A DNA stretch of 64,000 nucleotides from Phoronis australis. Its lineage: Eukaryota > Animalia > Phoronida. The stretch covers positions 62,001 to 126,000 of the forward strand of contig NMRA01000588.1 in the NCBI GenBank assembly GCA_002633005.1. Reading direction: 5' to 3'. Position numbers and translations under genes: made by a program. The notes beneath the pieces were generated by a model that was given only the letters and a program-made list of their open reading frames with translations, ran no database searches and was not told the origin of the DNA. Shown here one piece after another: positions 39,201-52,500 of the stretch; positions within the stretch are counted from its first letter, which is position 1, and each line of letters starts with the position of its first letter.

Positions 39201-40237
39201 AAAGACCTGAAATCACCTCCAATTTGACAAACAATTAGATAACGTTAAGTAGACTACATCAAAAATTGTTCTTGTGATGGAAAGCGAGTTTTTTCGTGAA
39301 AATCGCTACTTTATGATGAATTTAATAGAGAGCCGAAAACCTCGAGAGGAGTCCAACTCAACTCAGTCATATTCCGTTACCAGTGGCGGATTTAGAGGGG
39401 GGCCAAGAGGGCCATGGCCCCCCTAAAATTCTCCAATATTCCATTGGACAGTTCGGGAGTGCCAATGTCTGATAGGCAAAATCCAGGCTAATACTCTGCC
39501 CTGCCCCCCCCCCAACTCAAAATCCTGGATCCGCCCATGGTTACGTCTAATTTATTTGCTTGATGTATATTCTGGTTTCTCTTTTTGAAAATCCCACAGG
39601 CGATAGTGCAGGAGGTCACATGGCTGCAGTTGTAAGCCAAATTTTGCGAGACGCGGAATTCCCCATTCCCCCTGCCGGACAAATGCTCCTCAACCCAGTA
39701 CTCCAAGCCTATGATTTCTTACTGCCGTCGTATCAAGTGTTTGCAAGTATACCGTCTCTTCCTACACAATCGATGGTGTCCTACTGGTTATTATATCTGA
39801 AAGGAAATGTGAGCGAGAAAGACGTGGATGATCTAATGCACGACCGTCATAAGCCTGCGGATATCAGCATTGCAGCGAAGAATGCTAAGAAGTGTGACTT
39901 GCATCTTATTCGTGATGAGTTTGCGTTGAGAAACACTGACAAGCCAGTGATAGGGAAAGGAATCACGGAGTTTGAATCTCTCTACGCAGATCCTCGCATG
40001 TCACCCTTACTGGCAGACGACTTGCAGGGATTACCCAAGACGTTATTGGTCACGTCTGAACTTGACGTGTTACGTGATGAAGGTCTAATGTATGTCACAC
40101 GCTTACGTGCAGCTCATAACGACGTGATACATAAACATTACGACTCGGCGTTCCATGCCTTCTTTACCTACTTCCATGTCATACACGTTGCGTCCCAAGC
40201 GTTGGAGGATGTAACAGGGTTTGTTGAAAGCGTTTGA
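33263..40237 (+). CDS. Arylacetamide deacetylase / neutral cholesterol ester hydrolase-like alpha/beta hydrolase (HSL/GDXG family), ~335 aa
   Basis: Confident exons: 33921-34038 (VFYHGGGW oxyanion motif), 37437-37500, 37942-38063 (YRLAP..FPAGLDDC), 39600-40237 (GDSAGG nucleophile Ser; SPLL; ELDVLRDEG catalytic Asp; HAFF catalytic His; stop). Putative 5' exons 33263-33273 (ATG GCG ACA AG|gt) and 33489-33543 are phase-compatible and give 1008 nt in total. The N-terminus is less certain. Confidence 0.88.
35649..36908. mobile_element. Putative non-autonomous TIR element in the hydrolase intron
   Basis: Subterminal IR TGTGACGTCACCGGAAGTAGGG (~35671) / CCCTACTTCCCGTGACGTCACA (~36837). Termini AT|AGC...GCT|AT. 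Confidence 0.45.
39381..39539. mobile_element. GC-rich MITE, 5-bp TSD (GTTAC)
   Basis: Ends CAGTGGCGGATTTAG...GGATCCGCCCATG. Homologous to 55994-56125. Confidence 0.8.
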
Positions 40238-43010
40238 AAACGATATCCGCAAAGCCGAAAGAAAGCAGCTAAAATCCGCCTCCCGTCAAAAAGTTTTTCA
40301 TTTAGTCTAGCACTATGAAGTTGTCAACTTGTTTGGCAGTCAATAAATACTGTAGCAGATTATTCACACTTGAGACCTGGCTAAACCATATGCAGTTGCC
40401 TTTTTCACCGGATGCCTTCACATGCTGTGACCATGATTTCAACCACTGATGAACGAGCTGTCCGTTCTTTGCAAGCCGAGACTGCAGTATGCTCACAATA
40501 CATCTGAGTGTGGAAGAAGACACAGTGGAAAGTGATGTAAATAAAAATCAAAGCATTGTTTGATTGTTTGAAAGTATGATTTCTTTCGTATGTAACTACA
40601 ATAAATATTGAACCCTACACAATAATATGTTGTTTGTTTGGTAAACAAACCACTCGCTATCCATAAGAATTCCTGTCCAAAAATTTAAGGAATTCAGTGA
40701 AAAACCAAATGACCAACGACGTAAATGTGTTCTATCAGCATACAATCACAACCTAACACCGAGGCCTAATTATTAATTCTACAATACATGCTTTGTATAG
40801 TGCCAAATCAAAAACGTAACGTGCTGCCCGCTCATCTTAATGTGTATTTTGAAACAAAATTTCCACAATAATTTCAAAATGGTGAAACAACAGAGAACTA
40901 GAATTTCTAAACTTCAACGGGTTGATATTCTCGGAACGCGACCTCTTTTCTGTCATTTAAAGGATGACTGATCACGAAAGCTGAAAAGTATAAGGTAATT
41001 ATCATACATGCTACCTGGGTGGCGTTCTGTGAATGTAAGGTACTCGTGAGACACTTACGGAATCCATAATCAAACATCGTGAGCCTCCCCGACCAATCCC
41101 CTCAGTGGCGGCTATTGTGAAAGTCTATCCCACTACGGGCTCTCATCCTGGACTGTGTCATTTGCAATTCTGGCGCGACCAAAGAAGCATTAATTCGTAT
41201 ACAAGACCATCATCGAAAGGCGAATTTCGAGGATGCATCAGCCCTAACCACAACTGAGTGATGAAGTTTGATGCCCTTGAAGAACCCGCTGGAACATCAC
41301 TGTACAGCACCGCTATATTGTACCAAAACAGGGAGAGAGAGAGGGAGTGTTTGCCATTTTGGAATTATCTACGCGCGCCGTGTTGTCTTGCTTTTATTGT
41401 ATAATCTTTTCAATGGTTTATGGAATGTTTTTAGCCAAGTAGTGTGTAATTTTTAATTCAGATATTACAATAACATTTTGATCATGACTGATTTGCAAAA
41501 ACAAAAATGGCCTCATAATGTTGTGGCCTTACAATTATAAATCTGTATGTCATTTGCTTATTCAGTGTTAAAAACTAGTACGGTTCACTGGCCCCCTTAG
41601 TCATGCGAAACACACTGAAAAAAAGACTAACCATCTTTGACTTGACTGATGATCGGTCACTCAGTGCTTCGCCAGCTCTTGACTCATTTAAATATACGTG
41701 AAAATGTTTATAAACATATTTCTAATTGCAGATGAGGGCATCAACAGTGTCCATACATGACAAGACATTATGAGCAATAATGTAATAAGAAGGGTGAAAG
41801 CGGCTACAAACCAGAGTTTCGTCTAACAAGCTTAAACCTTTCATTTGGACCACTATTACCACTTTAAAATTGGTCTCAATGTCTTCCTTACTCGGATGAG
41901 AAGGACTAGCTGTTGCTTCTCGAGACAGAGCTCGGAGAATTTTAATTATTAATTTAAAAATGACAAGTTAACTATTAAAGCATACATGAAATCTCATGTA
42001 ATCTCAAGCAATGACGAACGTTCAGTTCTGTCCAAGTACAGAAATCACATCGATTGTGAATAATAAATAATTTGAGATCGATTTCAAAATTGTTAGTGGT
42101 CTAAATCAAAAGTTGGTTTTCATGACGGAAGGCGGGTTTATTGTCGTTTTAAAAGCAGTCTAAACGAAATAATGTCGACAGATCACCTGATCGTGATGAG
42201 TCGTAACGTTGTATGACGTCAGTGTAGAACCAAATGCCCCTACACTATGAAAGGTTGAAGATGTTTCGACGTATCACACCAGTCGGAGTACAGCGGCCAT
42301 ATACTCAGACAACCTCTGAAATAATCGATGTCAAAGGGCAGAAATGTTAGCCAAAATAGTAGGCATACACAGCACACGCAGTGTGTTTCACAATGTGTGT
42401 CCAGCTTGCATTTGTAAGTACCAATGTCTGACTGAATGTTAACGACAACATCCAAAACGTCACCATACCACAGATAGTGTGTATGCCTCCAACCACATGG
42501 TTAGTGAAATCACCGTTTATTTCGGAGGTTATATCCGCAAAATGGCCTCTTCGTTAATGCGAAACGCACACACAAGCGTACCCACACACACAAGCGCACG
42601 CACGCACACCCACCTACCCACACACCGACGTACAAAAGTCAACAGAGAGCATTTACACCACCCCACACACAGAGTCTATGTTATTAAATGTGCTGTGTCC
42701 CATTTCCATGAGTCGTGAAACTTTTACATGTACGGTTGTACAGACATAAGACAGGGAACACTTGACACGTGTTATAGCAGAACGAATGGAAATATGACCA
42801 CCTTCACCTAGACATCCACCTCACGCGGACAGGCACGTGTACATATACTTACAGTTAATTATATAGTTTTCTTCTCAACAATTTTGCTCTAATATCCTGG
42901 GATAAACGATAGTTCAAAACATTAATTCAAACTAAATTTACAGCAGTGCTTAAGCCACGCAACGAACGTTTGTTTCTATATTCCGAACGAGTCATAATTC
43001 TGTGTAACAG

Positions 43011-43254
43011 CATGCACATGGGGGGCTCGAATTTTTGAGAATGTGGACCTTTTACTAAAAACAGGGGGTACGTTTAGAGCTGTGAATTGTGCACTCGCCG
43101 AATTTTGGTAGTTCCTACCTTTTCAGTCGACTTGTGTCTCATTTTCTATTTTTTCGGACTTTTTGTTTCTCTGAGGCAGACCTTTTTGCCCACTTCGCCA
43201 ATTGGGAGGGCTCATTCGAGCTTCCCGAGCCCCCCTCCCCTGAGTGCGCGCATG
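43011..43254. mobile_element. GC-rich MITE, 5-bp TSD (AACAG)
   Basis: Ends CATGCAC...GCGCATG flanked by AACAG. An adjacent similar element lies at ~43268-43418. Confidence 0.6.
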
Positions 43255-43567
43255 AACAGGCACCATACAAGCGCAGATCCAGAGGCGACTGGGGGTCTAG
43301 CACTGGTCCCCCACCGTCCTCTTTTATGTTGCTGCAATGAAGCAACGTTAAATACTGTATGCAGAGGTTTTGTAGTTTGCCAGAGCACCCTCTGGTCATG
43401 ATCCTGGATCTGCGCCTGTGCCAAAAGTCTTTTGTAGCATCCCATGAAGCTATTTAAGAACAGTTTGAAACATTTCATAATGAGGCTGTCGATAGACATT
43501 TACCTATAAATCAATGTATATGTGTCGGCATGATTGTCATTTGCAAAACATTTATACAGCAAGGAAT

Positions 43568-46500
43568 TCAGGCGCAATTGTCTATACATCTATACAAAAC
43601 AGCAATTAAGATCGTTTGAATATATAAAACCAACGAAAGGCTAGGCACCTGCAGTGCAGCGTTTGGTAAATTTAGATCCTCGTCTGCTTCAACTGTACGT
43701 CTCACACTCTTCACGTCATCGTCGCCATCGTTCATGAAATCTATAGGGTCGTACGAACCACAGGTGGGGAACCTCGGGGGTGCTTTCTTCATCTCCGACC
43801 GTTCTCCCACTTGGAACACTAGCGCCATACCGCTGTCGGAATGGAACTGGATGTGGCAGTGGAATATCCAAAATCCTGAAGGCGTTTCAAGTTTGAAAAC
43901 AAGATGTGTAAGTGGAACAGAGTGAGGCAAACTTCCAGACATTGAACAAAAAACAAATAAGATGTTCAGAACATCTCCGTTCATTGGTGACTTTACTTCC
44001 GCTGACGTAGTCATTGGAAGTAAAATAATATGATTGGTAGTAGCGGTTTCTCCATCAATAAGCAGTCAGTCACGCCTACCAAATTTTGAGAGATTCTTCA
44101 ATAGCCCAAACAATAAAGCTGTATAAATTTTTAGTTCACTTTGTTTTTTCAAAACAATATTCCGAGAAACAATTATCAATGAATCAGAATACGATTTTGT
44201 GTGAACGCTACTTAACTATGCGCCGTTGTATTGTTGGGTTAATCAGATGGCTCTTCTAGCGAACCGTTCTTTTAGATTGCTGGTGATAAATTCTGCAACT
44301 CCAATAAATAACCGAAACACTGAGATGATGCCAAACAATGCATGAAAACAATCACCGCAGACGTACCTGGGTTAGTGGCATGGAACCTGATGATAGTGTA
44401 ACCTCCTTCCGGTACGTACACTGCGTCCTTCTTGACGGCATGATTCAGGTTGCGAACAAAGTCCGTCTTACTTGTTACGTTTACAGCTTTGATTCTCTTA
44501 GCCAACTGAAAGCAGGAATGGAGTTAACGGAACCCAACACAGCCCTTAAGTTGGCGTTTAATGAAGAAGGTACCATAGAAGCAATGGATTTGCAGATAAT
44601 GCGACTCACGAAAATGTTCAACAAATTTAAAAATGGTTTTACGAAACTTTGAACTGGTTAACCAATGTATGGAACACAAAAGACAGCAACTAGCTCACCC
44701 TTTCAGAGGCCACCACTCTAAACCCGTTTCCATGGAGATGCATGGAGTGCTCGAAGTCTTTCATCACGCCCTGATCAAACATGATCAACTCGACAACGGC
44801 TCCTAGCGGCACTTTTAACAAGTGAGTACAGGTACAGGTTTCCATGGTGTCAGGATCTTGAGGACATTCAGCAGGCTTAGAGGAGGAATTACAGAATGCG
44901 GTCTGAAACAAAATATTGACGGACATCAAGAAAGTTCCCATCTCGGTATGGACTATAACATTGCAAATTTACAGCTGCGTCATAGTAAAGTTCAAAATAA
45001 TCAGTGGTTTTCGCATTTGATTTAGATCATATACATTTGTAATAATCCTCTCAAAAATTTTCTCATTTTTCAAAATTTAATAATCAATTATTTGAAATGA
45101 AAATTAACATTCAAACGTTTTCTCTAATAATGTCGTAAAATAATGACGGACTGCTTTAGGGAAATTTGATAAATTTGTCTTAAGGGAGTTCGACACAGTT
45201 TTAATTGATCGTTGCCTTTTTCGAAATTTTCGTGTTTTGCATTTTGGTCTTGCACAATTTTTTTTCGTTAAAGCCTCCTGAACAAAGGCACTTCTGGCAA
45301 AAAATGTAAAATCTACATGGGTTACTAAAAAGTCACCTGTAATTAAATGAATGCTTGAATTCCTTTTGAAAACGTATTAATATCGTTGTAGCCTAATACA
45401 GGCGACATTTCTATGTTTTGAAGTCTTTAATCATATTTTCCGGATTACTGGTCTTCATACGTCGGCTCAGGTATAGGCCTACTAGGCTTTGAGTACAACA
45501 AATTTTGTTGTTTTGGTTTCTACAAAGTTACACCGTTGAATAGTTTATGATTTATTTTGATCTACACCTCATTTTGTATGAAACAATGAGATTTATGGCA
45601 CTCTGACATAAATCCTATTATTTGGGCAAATACCATTATAGAGCCCTCCATGCTTCATATCCAACTGCTGGTTAGTTCCTACCAAGTCCGATGGTTGCGC
45701 TGTTTGTTCTTTCTCTCCAGCTTCCTGTTGGCCCAGCCTCAAGCAACAGTACATTCACTCGTAAGTTTTCCTAATTAGACAAGTCTGCTCACTCAGCTTG
45801 TCCGGAACCTGCTTTGCAGGTTGTTATAGCCCAGTTGGCTGTTTGGTGTACCCACTTGGTACTTTATATGATATTTGCCCATTTGGCAGTTTGTACCCAC
45901 TTGGTACTTGTTATTGAATTTGCCGCTTTGCTCGACCCAGTTGGTAGGCAATCGGCCAATACCCATTTGGTATTATCTACCCATTTGGTACTATGCTAAC
46001 CTGTGCCACTTAGTATCCGATACTCAGTTAACTTTGGGTATCGGAAATGTGTGTGTTATCTCTTGTAATTAAGGAACCCATCTGGTTCCTTCTGTGAAAT
46101 ATTTATTTGTAGCGCTGTGACCCTGAAATTCCCAATACAACTTAAAATATTTATTATTCTTGTTGTTTTATTTGTCCCCAATAAGACGAAAAAAGAAGGG
46201 TGTCACCGCCCTGGTTTTTTTAACTAATTTAGCTCCAGCTGCGCCACCATCATCCAACCTCCTCAAAAAGCAGACATTATTTTGCCACAAACAAATTATT
46301 TATATGAAACAGGACTCTTTATACCTGATTGACATCTTCAAATTGCGTCAGAAGCGGCGATGACGTAGGTCTGTATTGGATCAAATTGATGTGTGGATGG
46401 TGCACGTGATGCGAGCGAGGACCTGTACGTTCAGTGTACAGCTTGTGAACTTTGCTGTGCATGAGTGGATCACCATAAGGCATGGTCATGTTTGACATGC

Positions 46501-49500
46501 TGTCCTTACGAGACATATGCATGTTCATCATGTGTCCCGCATGTGGCTCCTTTGTGGGATTCGCTGACATCAGTCCGGTTCCTCCAGTAATAACTTCTTC
46601 CATCGTTGAACTATGACCTTTCCCAGGGAGTGTTTCGTCGCTCATACTGTGGTGACCCATATGACTCTCATGACCCATGCGACCACCGTGGTCATCCATT
46701 CCTACATCCATACTATCGTCATCCATTCCCATTCCGTCCATATCCATGTTTCCGTGGTCCATGCCCATGTTCCCGTGATCCATGCCCATTTTCCCGTGAT
46801 CCATATCTCCGCCGCCCATACCCATCATACCATGCATATCCATGCGGTCCATATCTAACGCTATGTAGAACTGCACGTCAGCGTTTGCCTTGGAGGTCTC
46901 ATCGTTCGCTAGTAGAGATTTGTACTGGGTGAAGTCCGTCTAAAAGATAGATAAACTTACGAAAACAAAACAGGGAAGTATAGAGACATCAACCCATCGG
47001 GCAACACATTAGTCATGGACCACATACAGAGACTAACACCACACGTAACTCACATTGCTTCGTTGTGCGAGAAGTGTTGCTGGTCGAACTTCATCAGGAC
47101 ATTAAAACATTTCGTAACCTCTTTGAATTTGTTTTGACCGTGCGATGTGTTCAAAGCATTGTCGCCAATTTGAACTTCGCTATTTGCGCGCACAGCGACG
47201 TTAAGGGAAGGCTTTTACTAGTAAGCGATCATTGCCATAGCATTCTATTGTTAAATCAATACCAGTATATTTACAAGAGGTCTGTTTATTGAAAAGTAAC
47301 TTTAGACGTAACTCAGAAATTTGGTACTTCACACAACTCTGGAAAATAACTAAACCTCACTAAAGCAAACGCAGTCTTTGAGAATATACAAATACATGTA
47401 ACTGCTTTTCACTGAGATAATTTTTGTAGTTTATTTCTATACACACATAATCTATTCAGCAATTGTGAAGGGGAGTGTAAGATCAAATATCTGTTTTAGC
47501 CCTACGTCATTTTTTCATGAAATAAACCTCCGGGCCACGAAATAAAAATGAAACCAAAAAAGTTGTACCAGCCGCAATGGTTACTAGGCAACCGATGCTC
47601 GAGGTTAGGAGAATTGGAGAAAAATGTGGTATACAGTGAAAAAAAATGTGAAACTCTCTTCTTGTTGCCACACGGGCAGATTACCTACCGTCAGCGGGCC
47701 AGAGTCCAGATCATCGTAACTCAGGATTTCCGTTGGCTCTTCATTGACGGCACCCCGATATCTCAGAATTGCTTGACCAAACGTTTTCCGATCCGCACAT
47801 TCTTGAAGTCCTTTAAAGTTGATCCAGTAGTTTCCCACCGGTTGGTCAGTCTCAACAACAATGTCGTACATTTCACCAGCGTGTAAAATGAGAGTAGTCA
47901 GTGGAGCTGTGGGTTCCACTGGATAACTGTCCGTGGATACCACGCGGAAAGTGTGGTTGGAAATGGACAACACTACAGGACAGGTGAGAAACCCGGCGTC
48001 GATCAAGCGGAAACGATAGCGAACGAAGGGACTGACGTTAAACACGCTTTTTGGTGTCAGAATAGTTTCTCCAGCATTACTCAAGTACTTTGCGGATGAC
48101 CCTTTTCCTGTAAATAAAGAGGTTGAAAAAAGGTGCAGATAGTCCTTATTGGTATTTTTACTCGAACCAAATTCTTACTTGTAACCATTCCGCGATTATA
48201 TGAATACTGGTGATACTGAATATGGACTGTTGTTGCTGCTGCCGGCACCTGCATGGTGTGTCATCTATCAGTGGCTGATCCAGGCTGTCATAAGGTGGAG
48301 CTCAGACACGCGCAATAAGTTTCTTTATTTAAAAAAATTGGTCATGCCCGTAACTATTTACTTAGTCATAATACGAAAATGATGCCAGACATGACGACAA
48401 CGTCATTGTTGTCATCAGTATACCCAGAAAACAACAGAAATCACAGAGCACCACCTACCGTTGACGAGTATGGAAGCAGGCGACTGGCTGCCTTGGTCGT
48501 AAATATGGTGAGTGAATTTGCTGATAGTGGCCTCGTGTACCCAGTCATTCACTATCATAATGTGATCAGTGCGGTCTTCATCATAGTCACGCCAGTTCAT
48601 ATCGTTCTGTGAATTCTGCCGGATAATAAGAGCACCAAACAAGCCGTCTGACCTCTGCGTGCCAACGTGTCCGTGGTAAAAATGGGTTCCACTCGGCCAT
48701 GCTTTGAATCTAAGTAAAGGTTCACAACAAATAAATTCAGAGAACAAAAACAGCACATAATGTAATATTTTGTTTGTTGCTAATGATTATGATTTACTGT
48801 ATCTTGGTTTTTTCATTAAAATGGGTCAATTCTTATAACATTGGTCAAATATGCACAAAGCTTTGTTCTGACTGTACTTCGGGAGCAAGTTTTCTGTTAT
48901 ACAGAAAGCTTTGTTCCCAAAAGCGATCTAAAAACATAGACCGACACAAGTACCTATCGTTATAAATGGAGAACTCTTGTGTCCAGAAACGTTGTCCGTT
49001 TTTACGGAGCAAGATTTGTAAATAAATACTGAACCTGTACGTGAAGTCTGTCATTTGGGTTATGGGACACTGCGTTACCATGGGTACACCATCCATGTAA
49101 GGTGTGTCCAGCTGATATAGTCCATGCCAGTGTAACGTCACACCTTCTCCGCTCTCCATTCTGTTTCTCACTTTAACCACAATCGTATCATTTTCGCAAA
49201 CCTTGTAGGGAACAAAATTCTTTCACTGAGTAATAACGTAGAAAATATATCTGAAACTAAATAAGGCGATCCAGATCCTCCCAAGGATACTCTTGTTTCG
49301 TGAAATGAAGAATATAAATCGGTAAATAAAACAACAAGAATGGATCAACTGAAATTTGAAATTTTCGGAGGTAACAACTTCCTTTATCAACAAAAACAGA
49401 AATAAAGTAAAATCAAACACAAGATGACAATTGACATATAAGATATGGTGTAATGAAAATGATACATTTTTGCGTAAAAAATTCAATGACATATTTTAAG

Positions 49501-52500
49501 TTTTTATGTTCAATCCATGAGGTTCTATTGTATTCAGTTTGTATATCCAATATTGTTCTCTTTTAAGTCTGTGAGGGGTACTGGGGTGTTGGAGTTTTTC
49601 TATTATTTGTACAGAAANTACAATAGAACCTCATGGATTGAACATAAAAACTTAAAATATGTCATTGAATTTTTTACGCAAAAATGTATCATTTTCATTA
49701 CACCATATCTTATATGTCAATTGTCATTTTGTGTTTGATTTTACTTTATTTCTGTTTTTGTTGATAAAGGAAGTTGTTACCTCCGAAAATTTCAAATTTC
49801 AGTTGATCCATTCTTGTTGTTTTATTTACCGATTTATATTCTTCACTGAGTAAAACATGCAAAATCATATTGTTGTTGTTTTTTCGAATATACTGTATTT
49901 CAGAGTTCGGTTTATTAAGAGACATGACAGAGCAATTTCAGTTTCGTTAGCAGAAAGAAGGTAGTGATGGGAGGGTATTTATCGTAATCCATTTTGCCTG
50001 GGATATGCAAAAAGCTATGTTGCAGAGCAAAACAAGATAACGGTTATCGAATAATGATATTTATTATGACGTAAGTAGAAAAGGCAGTAAAGACAAACCA
50101 GAAAAAACGTTAAACAATTAAAAGTGCCACGAAGTGTACAAAGGTAGTCGGACCCGTCCGAAAGTCGTCGTCATCAAGTTCAAAGAAAGAAATTTGCTAC
50201 TAAATTTATCAAAGAACATGTACAGGTAAGGAATTCATGAGAAACAGTTATGGACACAACTGCCTGTAGGGGGCATCACAGTAGTAGTCGAATTCATTCA
50301 AAACACGACGTCAACCTTGATTTTCTCAGTAAGAACGCATTTTCCTATTTTTCATGATTCTTTGAGCGGTTTGGAAAATAGAGAGGCGAAGTCGAAAACA
50401 GCAAAAACGGTCACTTGGTGGCGCAGAATATGCCAATATGTCGAATACAGCCGTAACCGGAGAGGCGTGGCCGCCGATACCTATTTTCGTGTCCAAATTT
50501 CATGAAAAACTGTCGAGGACTTCAGAAGATACAGGTACAAACTAAAAAAATAAATTGCCACTAGGGGACAGCGGTAGTTGGAACTTTCGAAAATTTGCTG
50601 GTGCTGCCCCATCTATGACAGAAATATGTCTGCAAAATTCCACGGATTGTCCATCCAGGGGCATAGTAGGTACAACATCGGACGTCGGATGGATAGGTGG
50701 CCGGACAGACGGACGGACGGACTTCGTGCATAATGTACCCACATGAAAATGAATGCACCTATCTGCAGCGCGCTCGACTTCCAAGTTCAAATATGGCTCT
50801 TAAAAATACGTTTCCTGCCAGCATCACAAAACCTAATGGTAAATTTCGTCATGTGCTCGGCATCCATTGTTACCTCTATTGGAGGACCAGGTGTCTGACG
50901 ATTGATGACAATTATTGGCCGCGAGATACCATCTGCAGTGTTGCAGCCGGGCTTGTAGCATGAGGGCAAATCAAACGGACAGTCGCCGCACTCCGCAGAT
51001 ATTGTAGTAAACCATTCAATAGTGAAATCGTAGTAACAGGTCATGGTGCTGCCATCATACGGACAGGTGCGCTTGCAAGGGTGGCTGACTGAAAAAACAT
51101 GTAGGGCAAATGAAAGCACTTAACTTTTACATGACAAAATAACAGTCTTCTCTTACGTGTTTTCACTCAAGATAGAATCAAACCTGACGACTTTGTAACA
51201 ATGTTGCGTTTATGAAAATACAGATGCCATGGCACGTAGTAAGTAGTCAGTTATTTTTTGAAACTGCTAAAAGGGTAATCACTCTTAGTTTTTTCACTAC
51301 GAACATGATTATTCAAGCAAAGTCGTATCCAAACAGTTCAATTTGCAGTGTTCCTGTCTTGCGTCACGTGGCAACATGAACAATGCGTCACGTGACAACA
51401 TGAACAATGCGTCACGTGGTTACATGAACAAACAGTTGTCAGAGCAGCATGAATGAAAACTGTAACGGAATATTTCGGGATTCATGAACTTCTTGTTTAA
51501 GTCAACGGCCTCTTTAACTTATGACAGTAACTTGAATTAAGCCAGTGTTTCACTAAAACTAAAGGCTTGTAAGGTTTATTGCTGGCAGCTGACTTTGTGT
51601 AAAATTAAATGATTTCTACATAATTATCTTTTATCTACGCTCACTTGTGCTGCTGCTTTGGGTGACTGTTATCTCACAATCCTTTGTGTGTATGTCGTTT
51701 CCCGCATTCCGTTAATATATCAATTGTCAATTAATTTGTCTCACTTCCTCAAATCTTAAGTATATTTCATTTCTCAGCTAAAAAAGTTCAGCGTCGAAGT
51801 ATTTTTCGTAAGAATAGTAATGTTACATTATGATGATGATGATAATAATAAAAATAATAACAACGACGATAACAATGATGATGATAATAATAATATAAAA
51901 ACCTCAACAAAAGTTTGGAAATTTGTGTTCGCTCGACTGTGTTTTTATTTGTGTTCAGTAACTTTGTTGCCAAACAGAGCTTGGTCTCAAAGTGAATGTT
52001 GGAAATTCAGTTGCAGCTAAATGTGTATTCAAGTTCGAGCATTCGGCCTTTTCAATAGCAATCGCAGTCCTGGTTCTATGGTAATAAAAACTTATGGCAA
52101 TTTGGCAACACTTAAATACTATTTATTGACTAACTGACTGATAGACAGTAATGATAGTCCGACTGATAGGCAACAATGATAGTCTTCTCAGTATCGGGTT
52201 GACGAATCGTTCGCAGTCACTACAGCGACACACTTTCTTCGCATGTTTACTTGCCTGGTAACGTGTTGCTGTGCTATGGCACTCCACTCCTGAGTCAGTA
52301 AGCGCCTTAAATCAGTCACATTGGTTGTGTTGGTCACTCGCGGACGTACAGACCGTCCAACAGGTGTTCGATAGCGTCCAAGTCTGGGCTGCATGCGGGC
52401 CATTCCAATTGGACCCACGACATCAGATTTTCACATTTGAAGAAAGTCGCAAACTGGGCACTCCAAACACAGTTTGCATAATTGCTATTCACAATGAGCC

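Noticed and set aside
46606-46932. Plus-strand Pro/His-rich ORFs
   Set aside because: They are antisense shadows of the repetitive Met/His-rich MCO exon.
49223-49853. Duplicated ORFs MSLNFLRKNVSF... on opposite strands
   Set aside because: They are an artefact of the 227-bp inverted repeat in AT-rich non-coding sequence.
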